Assembly: GCA_030704615.1 (NCBI GenBank)
Contig: CM060731.1
Span: forward strand, 56,730,001-56,794,000
DNA: 64,000 nt
From: Takakia lepidozioides
Lineage: Eukaryota > Plantae > Bryophyta
Direction of reading: 5' to 3'
The notes below the pieces were generated by a model that searched no databases, was not told the DNA's origin, and saw only the letters and a list, made by a program, of their open reading frames with translations. How positions within the stretch are numbered: position 1 is the stretch's first letter; each line of letters starts with the position of its first letter. This document shows positions 9,948 to 22,000 of this stretch, piece after piece. The translations under genes were made by a program, and so were the position numbers.

Positions 9948-12900
9948 TTATCTCTTCTCCAACCTTTGTGCGTAGTTGGGATTCATTCTATACCTCGCCT
10001 GCTTGATTGGTACTGACCCTGGTTCCAGTTCAATCTTATGCTGACAGACTTCAGGTGGTATCCCTTTTAGATCCTCATAGCTCCAAGCAAATACATCTCT
10101 GTATTTGATGAACAAGCTTTTAGCTTCTTCGAAGAATTCCGGCTCCAAATCAGCTCCTACTTTCACCATCCTCGGTTCCTCTTTAGTTCCCACATTTACT
10201 TCCCTCACCTGCTCATCAGCTGTGATTGTCCAACCAGTCACCACTTCATCCTGTAAGCTCACAGTGGCTGGTTCTTCTAGGATTTCCATTTCTCCTTCTC
10301 TTTCTTCATAGAAATGTGATGGGTAAACGCTGGTTTCCTCTTCAGTTGGTGTTGCTGTCACTACACCACAACAGATACCTCTCAAACAACTTAGGCTTTC
10401 CAGCCGCATCTCTGCAACCTGCTCCCACTCTGGGTGTGCAGCAAATAGGGTAGCTTCTTGCTCCTCATCCAGTCCTCCTTTCCAGTCATACTCTCTGACT
10501 CCTCGAGGTCTTCTTGTAGCAGGTAATCTACTAGATTTCTTTGTGGTAATTTGTATCTCGTGTATCCCATTATGCACGGTTAGTAACTGAGAATTCTAGT
10601 CATGGAATACCCTGGCCTGTTTCAGCCACGGACGTCCCAATAATAAGGAGTAAGCCTCCATGACTTCATCCATTTTCATCACAGTTACTATGATCATAAA
10701 GATCATCTTCTGTATCTGTATCTTAACTCCTCTTATTAATCCCAATGGTTGTACACTTCTTTGATCTGCCATTGTTACTGTAAATGGGGCTGGTTTCATG
10801 TTACTTAGACCAAGCTTCTTCCTTAATTGGTCTGTCATGATATTTACTCCAGAACCTCCATCTATCAGTACATCAGTTAGTTCTGTGCTTCCAATTCTCA
10901 ATTGGATTACTGGCATAGAATCATCAAAGTCCATGACTGTTTCTCGCCCTTCCGGCTTCACATTATAACTGGTCACCTTGCTGTTCAGGTCTGTGTTTCC
11001 TGTCTCTTGGGCAATTCGATTGATTGCTTGATACAGCCTGTGCCTACAATAAGGTGCCACAGCTAATAGCTGTCCAATGGTAATTTCTGCTTTGGTCTGG
11101 CATATTACTTCAGCCAAAGTCTCTTCATTACTTTGCATGTCTGCATCTTCTTTCTTCCCTTCTTCCTCACTCCCTTCGTCTTCTCCATCAGAATTAGAGG
11201 AATCTGCCACAGGAATATCAGTACTCTTCTGCATTTCCCTTATAGTATCTGCCACTTCCTTGTGCAGTTCCTTCTCATCTTTCCAAGTCTCTTCATCTTC
11301 AGGCATATCATTGCCACCTTCATTATCATCTTCTTCCTCTACTACTGGAGGTATTAGTTTGGCTTTACTTCTTGTTACTATCATTGTACTTACTTCTGGT
11401 ACAACACATGGCCTAACCATGTGAGCTGCCACCACTGGGCCCTCATTCACATGAGCTCTCATCTCATTCTGGTGTCTTATCCAGAATGAACAGGCTGCCT
11501 TGCGATGTCCTGGCTGATTACAATAGTAACATAGCTCTTCACCATTGGGTCCTCGCCCTTGGTCTGTTCTTGGATTATTTCTATAATCCTGATTCCCGGG
11601 CTGGTAATTCCCCCTTGGATTACCCTGATAGTTGCCTCTGGAATTTCCTTGGTAATTCCCTCTTGAATTACCTCTCCCTTCCATGCCATTGTTATAACCA
11701 CCAGACCTACCATAGTGGTCCTGATCATTGTTTCTTCTTGGCTGGGGCTGCACCTGATGCACCCTTACTTGCCTAGGTTCTCTTGCAGCTATCCTTCTGT
11801 TGTAGTAACAATTCTCAGTAGAATGGTTATCCATTTTACAGATAGTACAGTGTTTCTCCTTCATGTGGCATTCTGTGGTGGTATGGCCTTCATTCTGGCA
11901 CTTTGCACACCATACACCCTTCCTCCAATGTGTTGCAGCCTCTGTGGCATACTTCTTCAAGATTTCTTCCAATCTTTTTTCATAGTTATCCCTCTTCAAC
12001 TTCTCCTTTCTCTTACTCTTTCTTTTTAGTTCTTGCTCTTCTTCTTCATCTGACTCATCCTCAGAGTCCTCATCTTCCTTTTCTCTCTCCTGAGCATTCC
12101 CAATTGCTCAATTCTGTTAGCAGTTTCAAATGCCTCCTCCACTGTATTATGGGGTAACATATCCACTTTCTTTTGCAACTCGGTCTTAGTCCACTCACAA
12201 ACCAAGTCTTCTGTAAACCGGGTGCTGGTACTGCAGCCAGCTTTTTCATCATCAATTCCATCTTCTCCATATACTCTTCAACAGTTTCATGCTTCTTCTG
12301 CTTCAGCTGTTAAACTTCCATACACTTCATCCTCAGTTTTACTTGTCCTGAACCTATTTCGAAATGTTGTATTCAAGCCATTCCAGGTTAGGAAATGATT
12401 ATCAGGGAATCTTGCATACCATTCACTTGCTTTCTTGATAAGTGAACAAGGAAACAATCTCATCTTGGCATCATCGCCATTCTCATTGTTCACTATACAC
12501 ATGTGCTCAAATTGGCTAATGTGTACATCGGGATCCCCTTTTCCTGAATATATTGGAAATGGTGGTTTTGCCCGTGTTGGTTGTAACGCCATCTGTGGCC
12601 CTACCTTCTGCCCACTGACAGGTGCTGGCACCCTTGCTGGTGCTGGTCCTTCTGGACCTGTTGTTTTTGTGGTGGATCTTCCACCAAGTGGTGGCCCTTG
12701 AGCACTCCCTGCTTCTGGCCCCACGATATTCACAGTATTCCCAGCTTCAGTTGCACTACTTCCCACACTCCCTGTCCCCCCAGAGCCAGATCCAGGTAGC
12801 CCGCCTGATCCCCCTGAGCCGACACCTTCGTTGGCCTGTGATCCAAGTGCTCCACTTGATCCAGGTCCAACGGGTTGGGATGTCCTGGTTGTAGTCTCAA

Positions 12901-13423
12901 CCTCAGCTGTTGGGTCTACTTCTTCATATTCTTCCTCTTCCAATTTCTTCTCTCTGTTTTCATCCTCCAAGTTCTGCCCTTGGGTTTCTTCTTCACTCAT
13001 GTAACTCAACTGTAATGGTGTTGGAGAGTCTGAACTCTCCGTTGGCTCTGCCACATCCTCTTCTCCTTCTTCACCTTCTGCTTCAGAAACTGGAGTTCCT
13101 GCTTTTGGTGTTCCATGCCAACTCTTATTAAAGATTTCTGTCAAATCTTTTATCCAGGGATGTACCTCAGATCTTTCACCTCGTGATTGATCTTCTTCCT
13201 GTACCAATTCCCTTAATCTTTCTTGCAAAGAAACAGAAGGAGTGGCATCCAACTCTAGTTCTTCCGGTATGGGTGATGTACTCTTTGATCTTAATGGTGT
13301 GAGAGGTCCAGATGATTCCCCTATGTCTATTCCTCTCTCCCAAAGATATGGATAATTAGCTTTCAGATAGCTTTCTCTTTTTGCTGAATATCTCTGGCGT
13401 CTAGCTTCTCTTTCATCACTCAT
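9948..13423 (-). pseudogene. gag: gag-protease region (frameshifts near 12300, 12030 and 9955; TAG at 10596)
   Basis: Retrotransposon gag core (YSGKGDPDVHISQFE...LFPCSL..ASEWY); three CCHC knuckles (CAKCQNEGHTTTEC, CTICKMDNHSTENC, CYYCNQPGHRKAAC); aspartic protease LIDGGSGVNIM...LLLGRPWL. Confidence 0.92.
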
Positions 13424-13444
13424 GTCCCATGTCTTTCATTTCTT

Positions 13445-14032
13445 TTAATGTGGCAATAACCAAAACTCTCTTCTGTAATATCTCTCGTATATGCCTGGGT
13501 TTCTTTCAAGCTTCAATGCACCCTTGGCTATACTTGAAGTCTCCGTTACCATATAACCATATGGCAAACAAGTCTGAAAAGCTGTTCTTGGTGTGAGTTT
13601 GATCCACAAAATATCCTTTGGAATCCAATTCTTTACCAGTACAAGCTCTTCATGCATATGAGTATAAACATTCACCTTTCTTTCTTCCCAGCCTTCAAAC
13701 TCTACTCGCTTAATGGATAGCAATGCTATCACATATACCAATGTTGGTAACCAATGTGCGCTTCCTCTACAGGCTACCTGATAAATCTTTATCACTCCTT
13801 TCTCCAGACCCCATTCCGGATCAGCATCATGCACTCGCTTAAGAATATTTTCCTTACAACCGTCTGGCAATTCCAAGAACCTTTGAAAGAATTGTTTGGA
13901 CAATCTTTCTTCCTTCGTTCCACAGGGAATTTGATTCACTTCAAATTCTTTAATGGTCCAACCACCATGATCCCACCAGATGCCTGTCACATCTGGTTGT
14001 TCAAGCCTCAATTCCCCAGTATGGTCGCCAAA
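13445..14032 (-). CDS. Possible extra 5' ORF (~195 codons) between PBS and gag
   Basis: Open frame filling the whole leader; the upstream ATG lies in the LTR and is out of frame in the other LTR copy; no recognised domain. Confidence 0.4.
   Translation of the reverse strand, partial: FGDHTGELRLEQPDVTGIWWDHGGWTIKEFEVNQIPCGTKEERLSKQFFQRFLELPDGCKENILKRVHDADPEWGLEKGVIKIYQVACRGSAHWLPTLVYVIALLSIKRVEFEGWEERKVNVYTHMHEELVLVKNWIPKDILWIKLTPRTAFQTCLPYGYMVTETSSIAKGALKLERNPGIYERYYRREFWLLPH
14013..14030 (-). other. Primer-binding site TGGCGACCATACTGGGGA, tRNA-Arg-like
   Basis: Starts TGG 2 nt after the 5' LTR; resembles the complement of plant tRNA-Arg 3' ends. Confidence 0.8.
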
Positions 14033-15070
14033 TGTCGCGCGGCTTTTACTCACCATCCCTTCGCTATCCGAGGCGGAAACTCCAAGATAGAAGAGTTGGA
14101 AATCTCTAAGTATTCAGCCCGCGCAGAACAATCAGTCATGACCTACAGCTAGTGTATCATGGGGGTGTTTCCTATTTGTTTCCCTTTTGGCATTCATGTT
14201 AGCTACCTTACCATTGATAATTAAGTATCAGTTTGCTTTATCAATCTATTGGATTCCGTCAACTCATCCATTCATTCCACAGCTTCACTCAGATCTCTCT
14301 ACACAGTGTGATTGTATCGTAAAAGTATCCGATTATGATTTATCAGGTATCAGGCCGAAGCCATTGTGTCTCTAATCTGCTCTACAATATCATTACAGCC
14401 TTGCATATAACAAGCATCTACTCATCATCTCTCTATCTTCACTTCCGTTCTTCATCTCTGCCCGATCCCCTCTCCTGCATGACCAAGAAGTCCTCCTCCC
14501 AATCATCATCCCAAAATTCCCCGCTCTCCCTTTATCTTCCTACCCGTGGTTCTAACCGTTTCCCTCACTAACCGTCATCTGTGAACTAACATGTTCCCTT
14601 CGCAGGTGTTGTTCCCCACAGTCGTTCCCTGTCCTGCTCTCCGTTCCCTATGATCGTGACAGCTGTGTCAAGCTGTGACTGGCTGTGTGAAACTGTGACG
14701 GGCTGTGACTGGCTGTGCGACTGTGTTTGGCTGTGTCGGGATATGACTGGCTGTGTGGCTGTGTCGGCTGTGTCGGGCTGTGTCGGCTATGATGGTTGTG
14801 TCGGCTGTGACGACTGTGACGGGCTGTGTTGGCTGTGTCGGCTGTGTCTGCTGTGACGACTGTGACGGCTGTGTTGGCTGTGTCGGCTGTGACGACTGTG
14901 ACGGGCTATGTCGGCTGTGTCGGCTGTGACGACTGTGACGGGCTGTGTAACCCCCCTCTACAGTGCGCTGCTGTCACCCCTAAGGCTCCTGTTGGTCTCA
15001 GTCTGTGCAAAAATTAAGGGTACCCTACAGATCCCGTTTAAGTGTCTAAGTCCCAGACAGTCCTCTAACA
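14033..15070 (-). repeat. 5' LTR of the Gypsy element (1038 bp)
   Basis: TGTCGC...CTAACA; followed by TSD GACAC. Confidence 0.96.
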
Positions 15071-15254
15071 GACACCACTCAAGTGTTTTCCCTACATGAG
15101 CACATATTTTGTGTACCCGCGAATTTGCAAACCCAATGCAATTCCCAAAATATCAATTCACAAAACATGATAATCTCATCGCATTCCCTACAAAGAGTGA
15201 TTGCTGATAGGAATTCTACCTCACAAGTACCACCCTGAAGAGGGTCTAAATGTA

Positions 15255-15672
15255 ATGATCGCTGCCGATCATCATATTTTCTGGAAGATTTCAGATTTCT
15301 CTGCAAAAGCACACAGTAGTTTGAGTGATGATCGGTGCCGATCATCACTTCTTTCCAGCCCTAAGATCGTGGTTTGATGGACAACTAACCTTGCAATGGG
15401 GGAAAGATACAGGACTCAAATACGAAAGCAAAACAATGTAAATCACATTTCTGGCCGAAATGAAAAATATTGTGCAAAATCTTAAAGCACTGTAAGTGAT
15501 GATCGGTGTCGATCATCACTTCTTTGCTAAGACTGACTTAAATTAAATTAAATTAATTTTTTTATTTTTTATTTTTTATTTTAAAAACTTCGTTACCGAG
15601 GAGAGGCTCTGTCTGCTAGAAAAGGTCACTGCAGGCAACAGGAAAATGCGATGATCGCCAACGATCATCGCA
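15255..15672. repeat. Four dispersed palindromes (GTGATGATCGG-TG-CCGATCATCAC consensus)
   Basis: Copies at 15255-15272, 15324-15349, 15494-15521, 15647-15672. Confidence 0.85.
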
Positions 15673-15699
15673 ATGAAATTCAAGAATGGGCATATGAGA

Positions 15700-16232
15700 A
15701 TCCACCTGTACACAGATTGCAATGCTGGAGGAGGCCGACTTCTCCCTTGCAAAGCAACCCCCTGTGCGTTGTGGCACTTCCAGTTCCGCGAATTCTCGGG
15801 TCCCTCCCGCAAATGCTCATTTGTGGCCAACAAAACGGGATGGAAAGTTGGTTCGGCGTTTTCCTCCAACTGCAGAACACTTTAACAAGGTGGAGTCCGC
15901 AAAAATGCTTCAAGCTCGTGTTGCAGGTACCACGGAAGTGTCCGATCTGGGGTATGGTCAGGTATATACAATGATCATGTCCACATCTGCTCTGTAAAAA
16001 CAAAGCATACGACATCACTGTTTCCAATTTCCCCAATTGCACATGTCCGGATTTTGTTGGTATGCTTTGAACTAGTTTGGGAAAGAGATGGAAATTCATA
16101 CCCTGCAAACATTTGTATTTCATCTTCTTGAAGATGATGGTTTGTGATACCAAACGTGACAACTTCATTCACCATGTCACTATGAGTTTCAACAAGGTCG
16201 ATACTCTCTTGCAGCGGGATACAAGCACATAG
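15700..16232 (+). pseudogene. C-terminal SWIM zinc-finger fragment of a MULE-like transposase
   Basis: PTKRDGK...ESAKMLQARVA...GYGQVYT...FPNCTCPDFV...CKHLYFIF with in-frame stops; homologous to 55719-56432. Confidence 0.8.
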
Positions 16233-17311
16233 GTAGCATCGACTATCACTTGGTGTATGTGGAATGTGCATGTGCAATCTGCAATCTGCAATCTGAAATC
16301 TGGTTTATATGGACTGTGAATATGCAATCTGGTATCTGGATAACCATGTTGTGTAATGTGTAATTGCAACATTGTCATTGTAATTCAATTCAATTCAATT
16401 GCAACATTTTTCAGGCGGTGCAATGATATGGCAGCCTTTCTTCCTCCATTATGCTTCCAACTATACTCAGTGTACTCTCTGTGGCAAGTTTTAAGAGCTC
16501 ATGCATCATGGCACTTTTTTGAAGTTTACATGTGTTCATGTCCTTGAGGGGAAACCATGTTGTGATAAACTTGTAAGCTCGGTCTACTCGAACCTTTGTC
16601 AGAGGCCCGTAAGGTATGGCGGGGGTTGGGGGAAGGTGCTATTTTCCTATTATATGGTCTTCTATCTCGAACTGTTGTGTAGCTCTACAGTGTTGCTATG
16701 TACTGCATGTTTCTTTTGAATGTGATCCCAACTCTCATTGTTATTTGGGGAGGGAGCAGGGTCTTCCCGTATTAGCCTCTATGACACTCAAGTTGTGAGG
16801 TTGTTTTGTCGTCTTTGTAATTGTAATACTGAAACTTACAATTCTAATTGCACAATGTTGTGGAATGGAGGCTTATTTCTCATTTCCCATTTCTCATTTC
16901 CCAATTGTAGACTTATTTCCCATTTCGGGTATTTGATGGTAGTCTTCATTGTATTAAGCCAAGGATTACCTAGATTAATCCCACGGTCATAGGACCCTCC
17001 TCGGATATAGGCGTCGTATGTTTATGCTGACGTGGCAGATGACGACGCAGCGCCACGTCAGCATTTATTTCCATGTCAACCTGCTAACATCACGCTCACG
17101 TCACGTCAGCGTTAGTATACGCTCACACCACGTCACAATGTGTGAACGTACACTCGCACGTTCACGCACAAGGCTCACGCCGTTGCGTCGTTGCTTGGAA
17201 AGCAACACTTTTGTGCAAGAGGTGGGTTGTTATTCTTCACCCCACATTTTTTTTTTGCGTCCCTAAAGTGTTTCTTGAGTTTGAGATGAGTTGTTGTGGT
17301 ATGTTTTGCTC

Positions 17312-17940
17312 AGGTGCAGGAAGAAGCTCCACAAGTTGGGGAAAAGCCAGTTTCAGCGGTTGAGGACCCTCTAATCACTATTGTACGGGTGGGGCGCAAG
17401 GGGGCTCCTGAAAAATTGCCACGCAAGAAGGGAGGTGGAGGTGGGACAACACTGGTTGCTGGCCGTAATGACGTTTGCTCCACTGAGAGTGCTGGTAAGG
17501 GTGGCAGTAGGGTGTTGGCAGACAAGAATGTACCTATTCCTCACCAGACAACTTCCCCACAGAAAGAGGTACCTCATCCCAGACTTTATCTTGTTTCATT
17601 TTCTTGGGCAGACTGTCCGTCACTCTGTTACTCTCATGTATGATATATTTAATGGTGTGCGTGCAGACACCATTAAAGCCATGAATGCATTATGAACATG
17701 TTGGTAAGTACTCATGTACTATACCAGTTGTTTCTGGCATGTAAATAGGGGAGTAAAGCTAAGGAACCTGCCCCAACCGTCGTGAAGGGAGCTGAAAAGA
17801 AACACACACGAAAGCTGAACGTGTGACCAGAGCCACTGCTGCCAATGACAGTTTGAAAATGGCTGATGCAATTGGCGACATAACACCAGCATCTAGCGAG
17901 AGTAAGGATCAGGTGGGCCTTGAGGAGCCATGTTTCGTAC
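17312..17940 (+). pseudogene. Short spliced-looking exon series of unknown product (probably TE-associated)
   Basis: Low-complexity K/G/E-rich frame bounded by cag|GTG, GAG|gtacc, gcag|ACA, TTG|gtaagt, atag|GGG; contains a stop. Confidence 0.3.
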
Positions 17941-18272
17941 ATGATTGTGACATTTACAGGACTTTAGACTTCTAAGGGGTGTTGGGGGGTGATGTTTGCA
18001 AGTTGAGAAAGCTGCTCTTCATACTTCCACATGCACTGCACCAATTGCGCATGCATCAAAGCCAACCCCCAAAATTTAACCCCCTGCCACTGTCACAGAT
18101 CCACTTATGCTACCAAAAGTACTGGGTCTTTCAGTTTTTAATTGTAGTTGACGTTCCTCATTTTCTAGTTTTCAATACCATTAGTATATGTATGTCTTCA
18201 TGGGTTGATTCATATGCATTTTGTGGTGGGTGTTGGGTGCTGTTTAAGTTGAAGGACAAAATCCACCTGTAT

Positions 18273-18560
18273 CACTACGCCAAATCATGGTTTTTCTGAC
18301 TTTTTGTTTTTGGAGAGTCATGGTTTTCATGACTCAAACCATGACTCAATGTCGTCATTGTTAAAAAATGTCATGGGTATGACCAAAAATGACCAAAAAG
18401 GGTCCCGTATATGTCTCTATCCCGGTGAACGTCGTTTGACTGGAATAGAGTCGTGATCATGGGTCACGCACATGACTCTAAAAAATAATGTAGATGATTC
18501 TAAATTCTTAGATTGGTGTAGTCAACTCCCTTTTACCAAGATAAGGTCATTTGCATGACT
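18273..18560. mobile_element. CACTA terminus with subterminal (CA)TGACT/AGTCA repeats
   Basis: CACTACGCCAAATC at 18273 followed by ~10 ATGAC/GTCAT motifs; imperfect inverse GATTGGTGTAGTC at 18511-18523 without matching TSD. Confidence 0.6.
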
Positions 18561-18799
18561 CTTATGAAAATCCATTGATGGATGATTTCATTCAATTTGA
18601 TAATTTTCATTCATCAATTGGATGATTTCATTACATGCAAGGATTTGGATGATTTCATCCACCTATTTCATTCACATGGGGACTTCGATACTTTTCAAGA
18701 ACGCCCTCATTAAGTTGTCACTCTTCTTCCCAACTCCGAGAGCCTCGATCGAGGGGAGGGGAGGCTCTGGTTAGAAGCTTTGGAAGGACATGGGAAGGA

Positions 18800-19228
18800 A
18801 TGTCATTCTGAACAGTACCTCGTGGATATGCCAAATGTGGAGCCTCGAGGATGCAAATGGAGCGTTCAACAATATGGCATGTGGTGTGGTGGAGCATGAA
18901 GCAGAGCTAGTATGAGCTTTGCAAAGATCCTCGTCGATGGTGGACAGTCGCAATCGCAAGGTGTGGCTTTCTTAATGTACGTGGAGAAGAAGTTTGTACG
19001 CCAAATGTGGAGCCATCGAGGATGCAAAGGGGGCGTTCAACAATATGGCTTAACGAAATGTGGTGTCGTGGAGCATGAAGCAAAGCTGGCACGAGCTTTG
19101 CAAAGATCCTTGTCGATGGTGGACAGTCGCAGTCGCAAGGTGTGGCTTTCTTAATGTACGTTGAGAAGAAGTTTGTTCAGAACCCTCGTGGATATGTATG
19201 CCAAATGTGGAGCCATCGAGGATGCAAA
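18800..19228 (+). pseudogene. Tandem ~180-200 bp unit containing a PLS-class PPR S-motif fragment
   Basis: LVDMYAKCGAIEDAKGAFNNMA*RNVVSW-like sequence repeated; same unit at 51218-51550. Confidence 0.8.
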
Positions 19229-19580
19229 TCCAACAGAATGAATCTGATTAGCTACAAGGGCTCTGCCTATAATTGAGAGATGTTTTGAACCCCAGTAAGT
19301 CAGTTTCCTCTTCAAGTTGGTCACTGTGGCAGCAAATATCTGTTGGTCTGTCAGTCCGATTCCAAATGTATAGCCCAAAAGTGTGGTGGTCTCCCCAGGT
19401 TGGAGCCACCTTAGTCCTTGATCCGTTCCCCATGTGGGCGGGGATCCCAATGTGGATGTTGAGAGGTCACCTACCAGTAATCTTGAAGTTTTGTTCCAGT
19501 TTATTTTGAATCCAGATGCTGCACAAAATTTGTTCAAGGTAAACCTTGTCTGGTCCAAGTTTTCCGGTGTGGCTTGATTT
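19229..19580 (-). mobile_element. LINE (Tx1/L1-like) ORF2 fragment, RT C-terminal part
   Basis: FCAASGFKINWNKT...LLGYTFG...LKRKLTYWGSKHLSIIGRALVANQI. Confidence 0.88.
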
Positions 19581-19960
19581 CACAAAGTAAATATTCTATT
19601 GCAAAAGTCAGACTTTGCGTTACATAATAATATTACGGATATTAATACGCACAATGAAGCCAGCCTCATTGTCAAACATGCTAGCATCTGCAATAAGATC
19701 CTCCTAGTCATCAATCGTATTATCTTCTGACAAAACGAAATCCTTGATCTCTTGCTCAACCACCTTTCAATCCGTCCACACGTCATCCGGCCCATTATTT
19801 AAGATTACTAATTTGTCGAGGCTGTCAATGCCAAGTCGACATTAATCACAATAATCTTTAATAAAATCAAACCCAGGGCCTCTATCCCCTGTTTTCCCAA
19901 AAAAAAACAAAAAACATTGCCCTTGGGGCTGGACATGGCCTGACCCTAGCCCAACTTCTA

Positions 19961-22000
19961 CTAGGGTAGCTAGGGTAGCCTGTGCCGTTGGCTCAATTGT
20001 CCAGTGTTATCTAAGCCCAAGTGTAAGATCTTCTATGTATCTCAGTGCGTCTCTTATGTATCCAAGTACGTTTCCCACATGAAGGCCCAATTTATTTTTT
20101 TTCCAATTTATTCCCATATCAAGGCCCCATTAGATTTCCATGAATTTATTGAGTAGTAATGTATCCAATCGTATTGGTATATCGCCCGTCTAGGAAAGCC
20201 TATGCCATTGGCCCAAGTATCCAATGTCATCTAAGTCATCTAAGTCTATTTTTTATTTTTTTTCTACAGAACCTACGACCAAATTTGAACCGGAGACCTT
20301 TTCCTAGATATGTCTCCTATCGAGGTTCCAATCATTGTCCCAAGAAAGCCCACTTTGTTATTTTTCGTGAATTTCCAGTGACCAAAAGTACTTGAAAATC
20401 CACCTCTCCCACACCGCAGCTCCAAAAATTGTGAGACCAAGCCTGTGCACCCCTCCTCATCGAGGGCTTTCCATTGAGACCAAGCACCATGGATGGGGCC
20501 TCCCGGTTTGGGACATCTCAACGTGACGAAACAAAACAAAACAAAACAAAAGTCTCGCTTCATATCAATACTAGGGTAGCCTGTGTCGTTGGCCCAAGTG
20601 TCCAGTGTCATCTATGTTCAAGTGCAATCCCCTATGTATCCAGAGACCCCACTGTTTGGGATAGAATAACTTGTGCCATTGGTCCATGTGTAAAGAATTG
20701 AAAATCTAAGCCCAAATGCAATCCCCTATGTATCCATGCGCGTCTCCCATGTAGAGGTCCCAGTGCGACCTCCAGTGTCCAATGTCACCTAAAGTCCAAG
20801 TGTAATCCCAAAGCCTACTTTGTTATTTTTACAATCTCCCATGTCGAGGTTTCATATATTGATATATCCACTGGGCAATTGCATGATTGGGTGGATCAAA
20901 AGCGGCACATGTTGAGTCCATTGGAAGTCCATGGAAAAAAATAAAAATAAAATTGAGTCTATTGATTTCAGTTTATTCTTAAAAAAATAGATAATAGTAT
21001 ACATAACATTTTTAGTAAAGAGTCCCTCCTTAAATATTGATAATATTTTTTACTAGATATTTTAATCATTAATGTGGAAAAACATTTAGACGTCAAAATC
21101 TAGAGTTTACAACCACTTGTCCATATACCAGTTGGAACCTCTAGATTATAGGTTTGTACATATTTTTTAGTAAAAGACGACACCTCAAAAACCCAAAACA
21201 TAAGATGCTATGGACTAGAGCAAATCAACCTGTTTTTAGGTGCAAAATAGTCCATAGCTCTCAATCCCTAAGATAACTAGTCTATATAAAAATGGATTTG
21301 GGTTGGATTTAAAAATGGCACCCCTAGTGTGTTTTCCTTTGTGCCCTTGTATGAGTGTACATGATGTTTTTTCAGTCCATAAAATTTTATGTGTAACATC
21401 TGTACTCCACAGTAATCAACTTTAAAAGTCCATGGCTTTCTGGTACATGATTGTTTTTGCAATCTAACAATTGGTACACATACCTATTGTAGTTAAAAAC
21501 CCCACACCACATAAATTTAGATAAAATATTGAGTTGTTGGACAAATACGGGTAAAATCATGGAGGGAGGTCACTACAGAAACTGCCATGTTATGCAAAAA
21601 CTGAGACACCCAATCCTGCAAATACCCCACTTTACTATTTTTCACGAATTTTCAGCGACCAAAAGTACTTGAAATTCCAAATCTCCCACATGACAGGCCA
21701 ATCACTGCTCCAGGAAAGCCCACTTTGCTATTTTTCCCGAATTTCCAGCAACCCAAAGCACTTAAAATTCCACATCTTCCACACCGCCGGTCCAAAAATC
21801 ATGAGACTAAGCCGGTGAACCCCTCCTCATCGAGGGCTTTCCAACGACACCAAGCACCGGGCTGGGGCCCTGAGGTTTGAGAGATCTCACCGACGCTACA
21901 ACCAAAACAAAACAAACGTCTCGATTCATATCAATATATGAAGGAAATCAGTTTGTTTGTTTTGTTTTGTTTTGTTTTGTAGCGTTGAGATGTCCCAAAC
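19961..22000 (-). mobile_element. Cluster of non-autonomous Helitron-like units
   Basis: Minus-strand ends ...GCCAACGGCACAGGCTACCCTAG (imperfect hairpin + CTAG) at 19961/19970 and 20571; ~240-bp repeat at 20327-20570 and 21698-21935 with (GTTTT)n; short inverted copy at 21938-22000. Confidence 0.6.

Larger units (their letters stand above)
2005..15070 (-). mobile_element. Full-length Ty3/Gypsy LTR retrotransposon (non-chromovirus type; Gag-PR-RT-RH-INT order, no additional RNase H seen) with extra 5' and 3' ORFs
   Basis: Two near-identical ~1.04-1.06 kb direct repeats bounded TG...CA; 5-bp TSD GACAC at 2000-2004 and 15071-15075; PBS and PPT in the correct positions for a minus-strand element; gag/pol motifs inside. 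Confidence 0.97.

Noticed and set aside
21571-21580. CACTACAG as a CACTA terminus
   Set aside because: No subterminal repeats or partner end.
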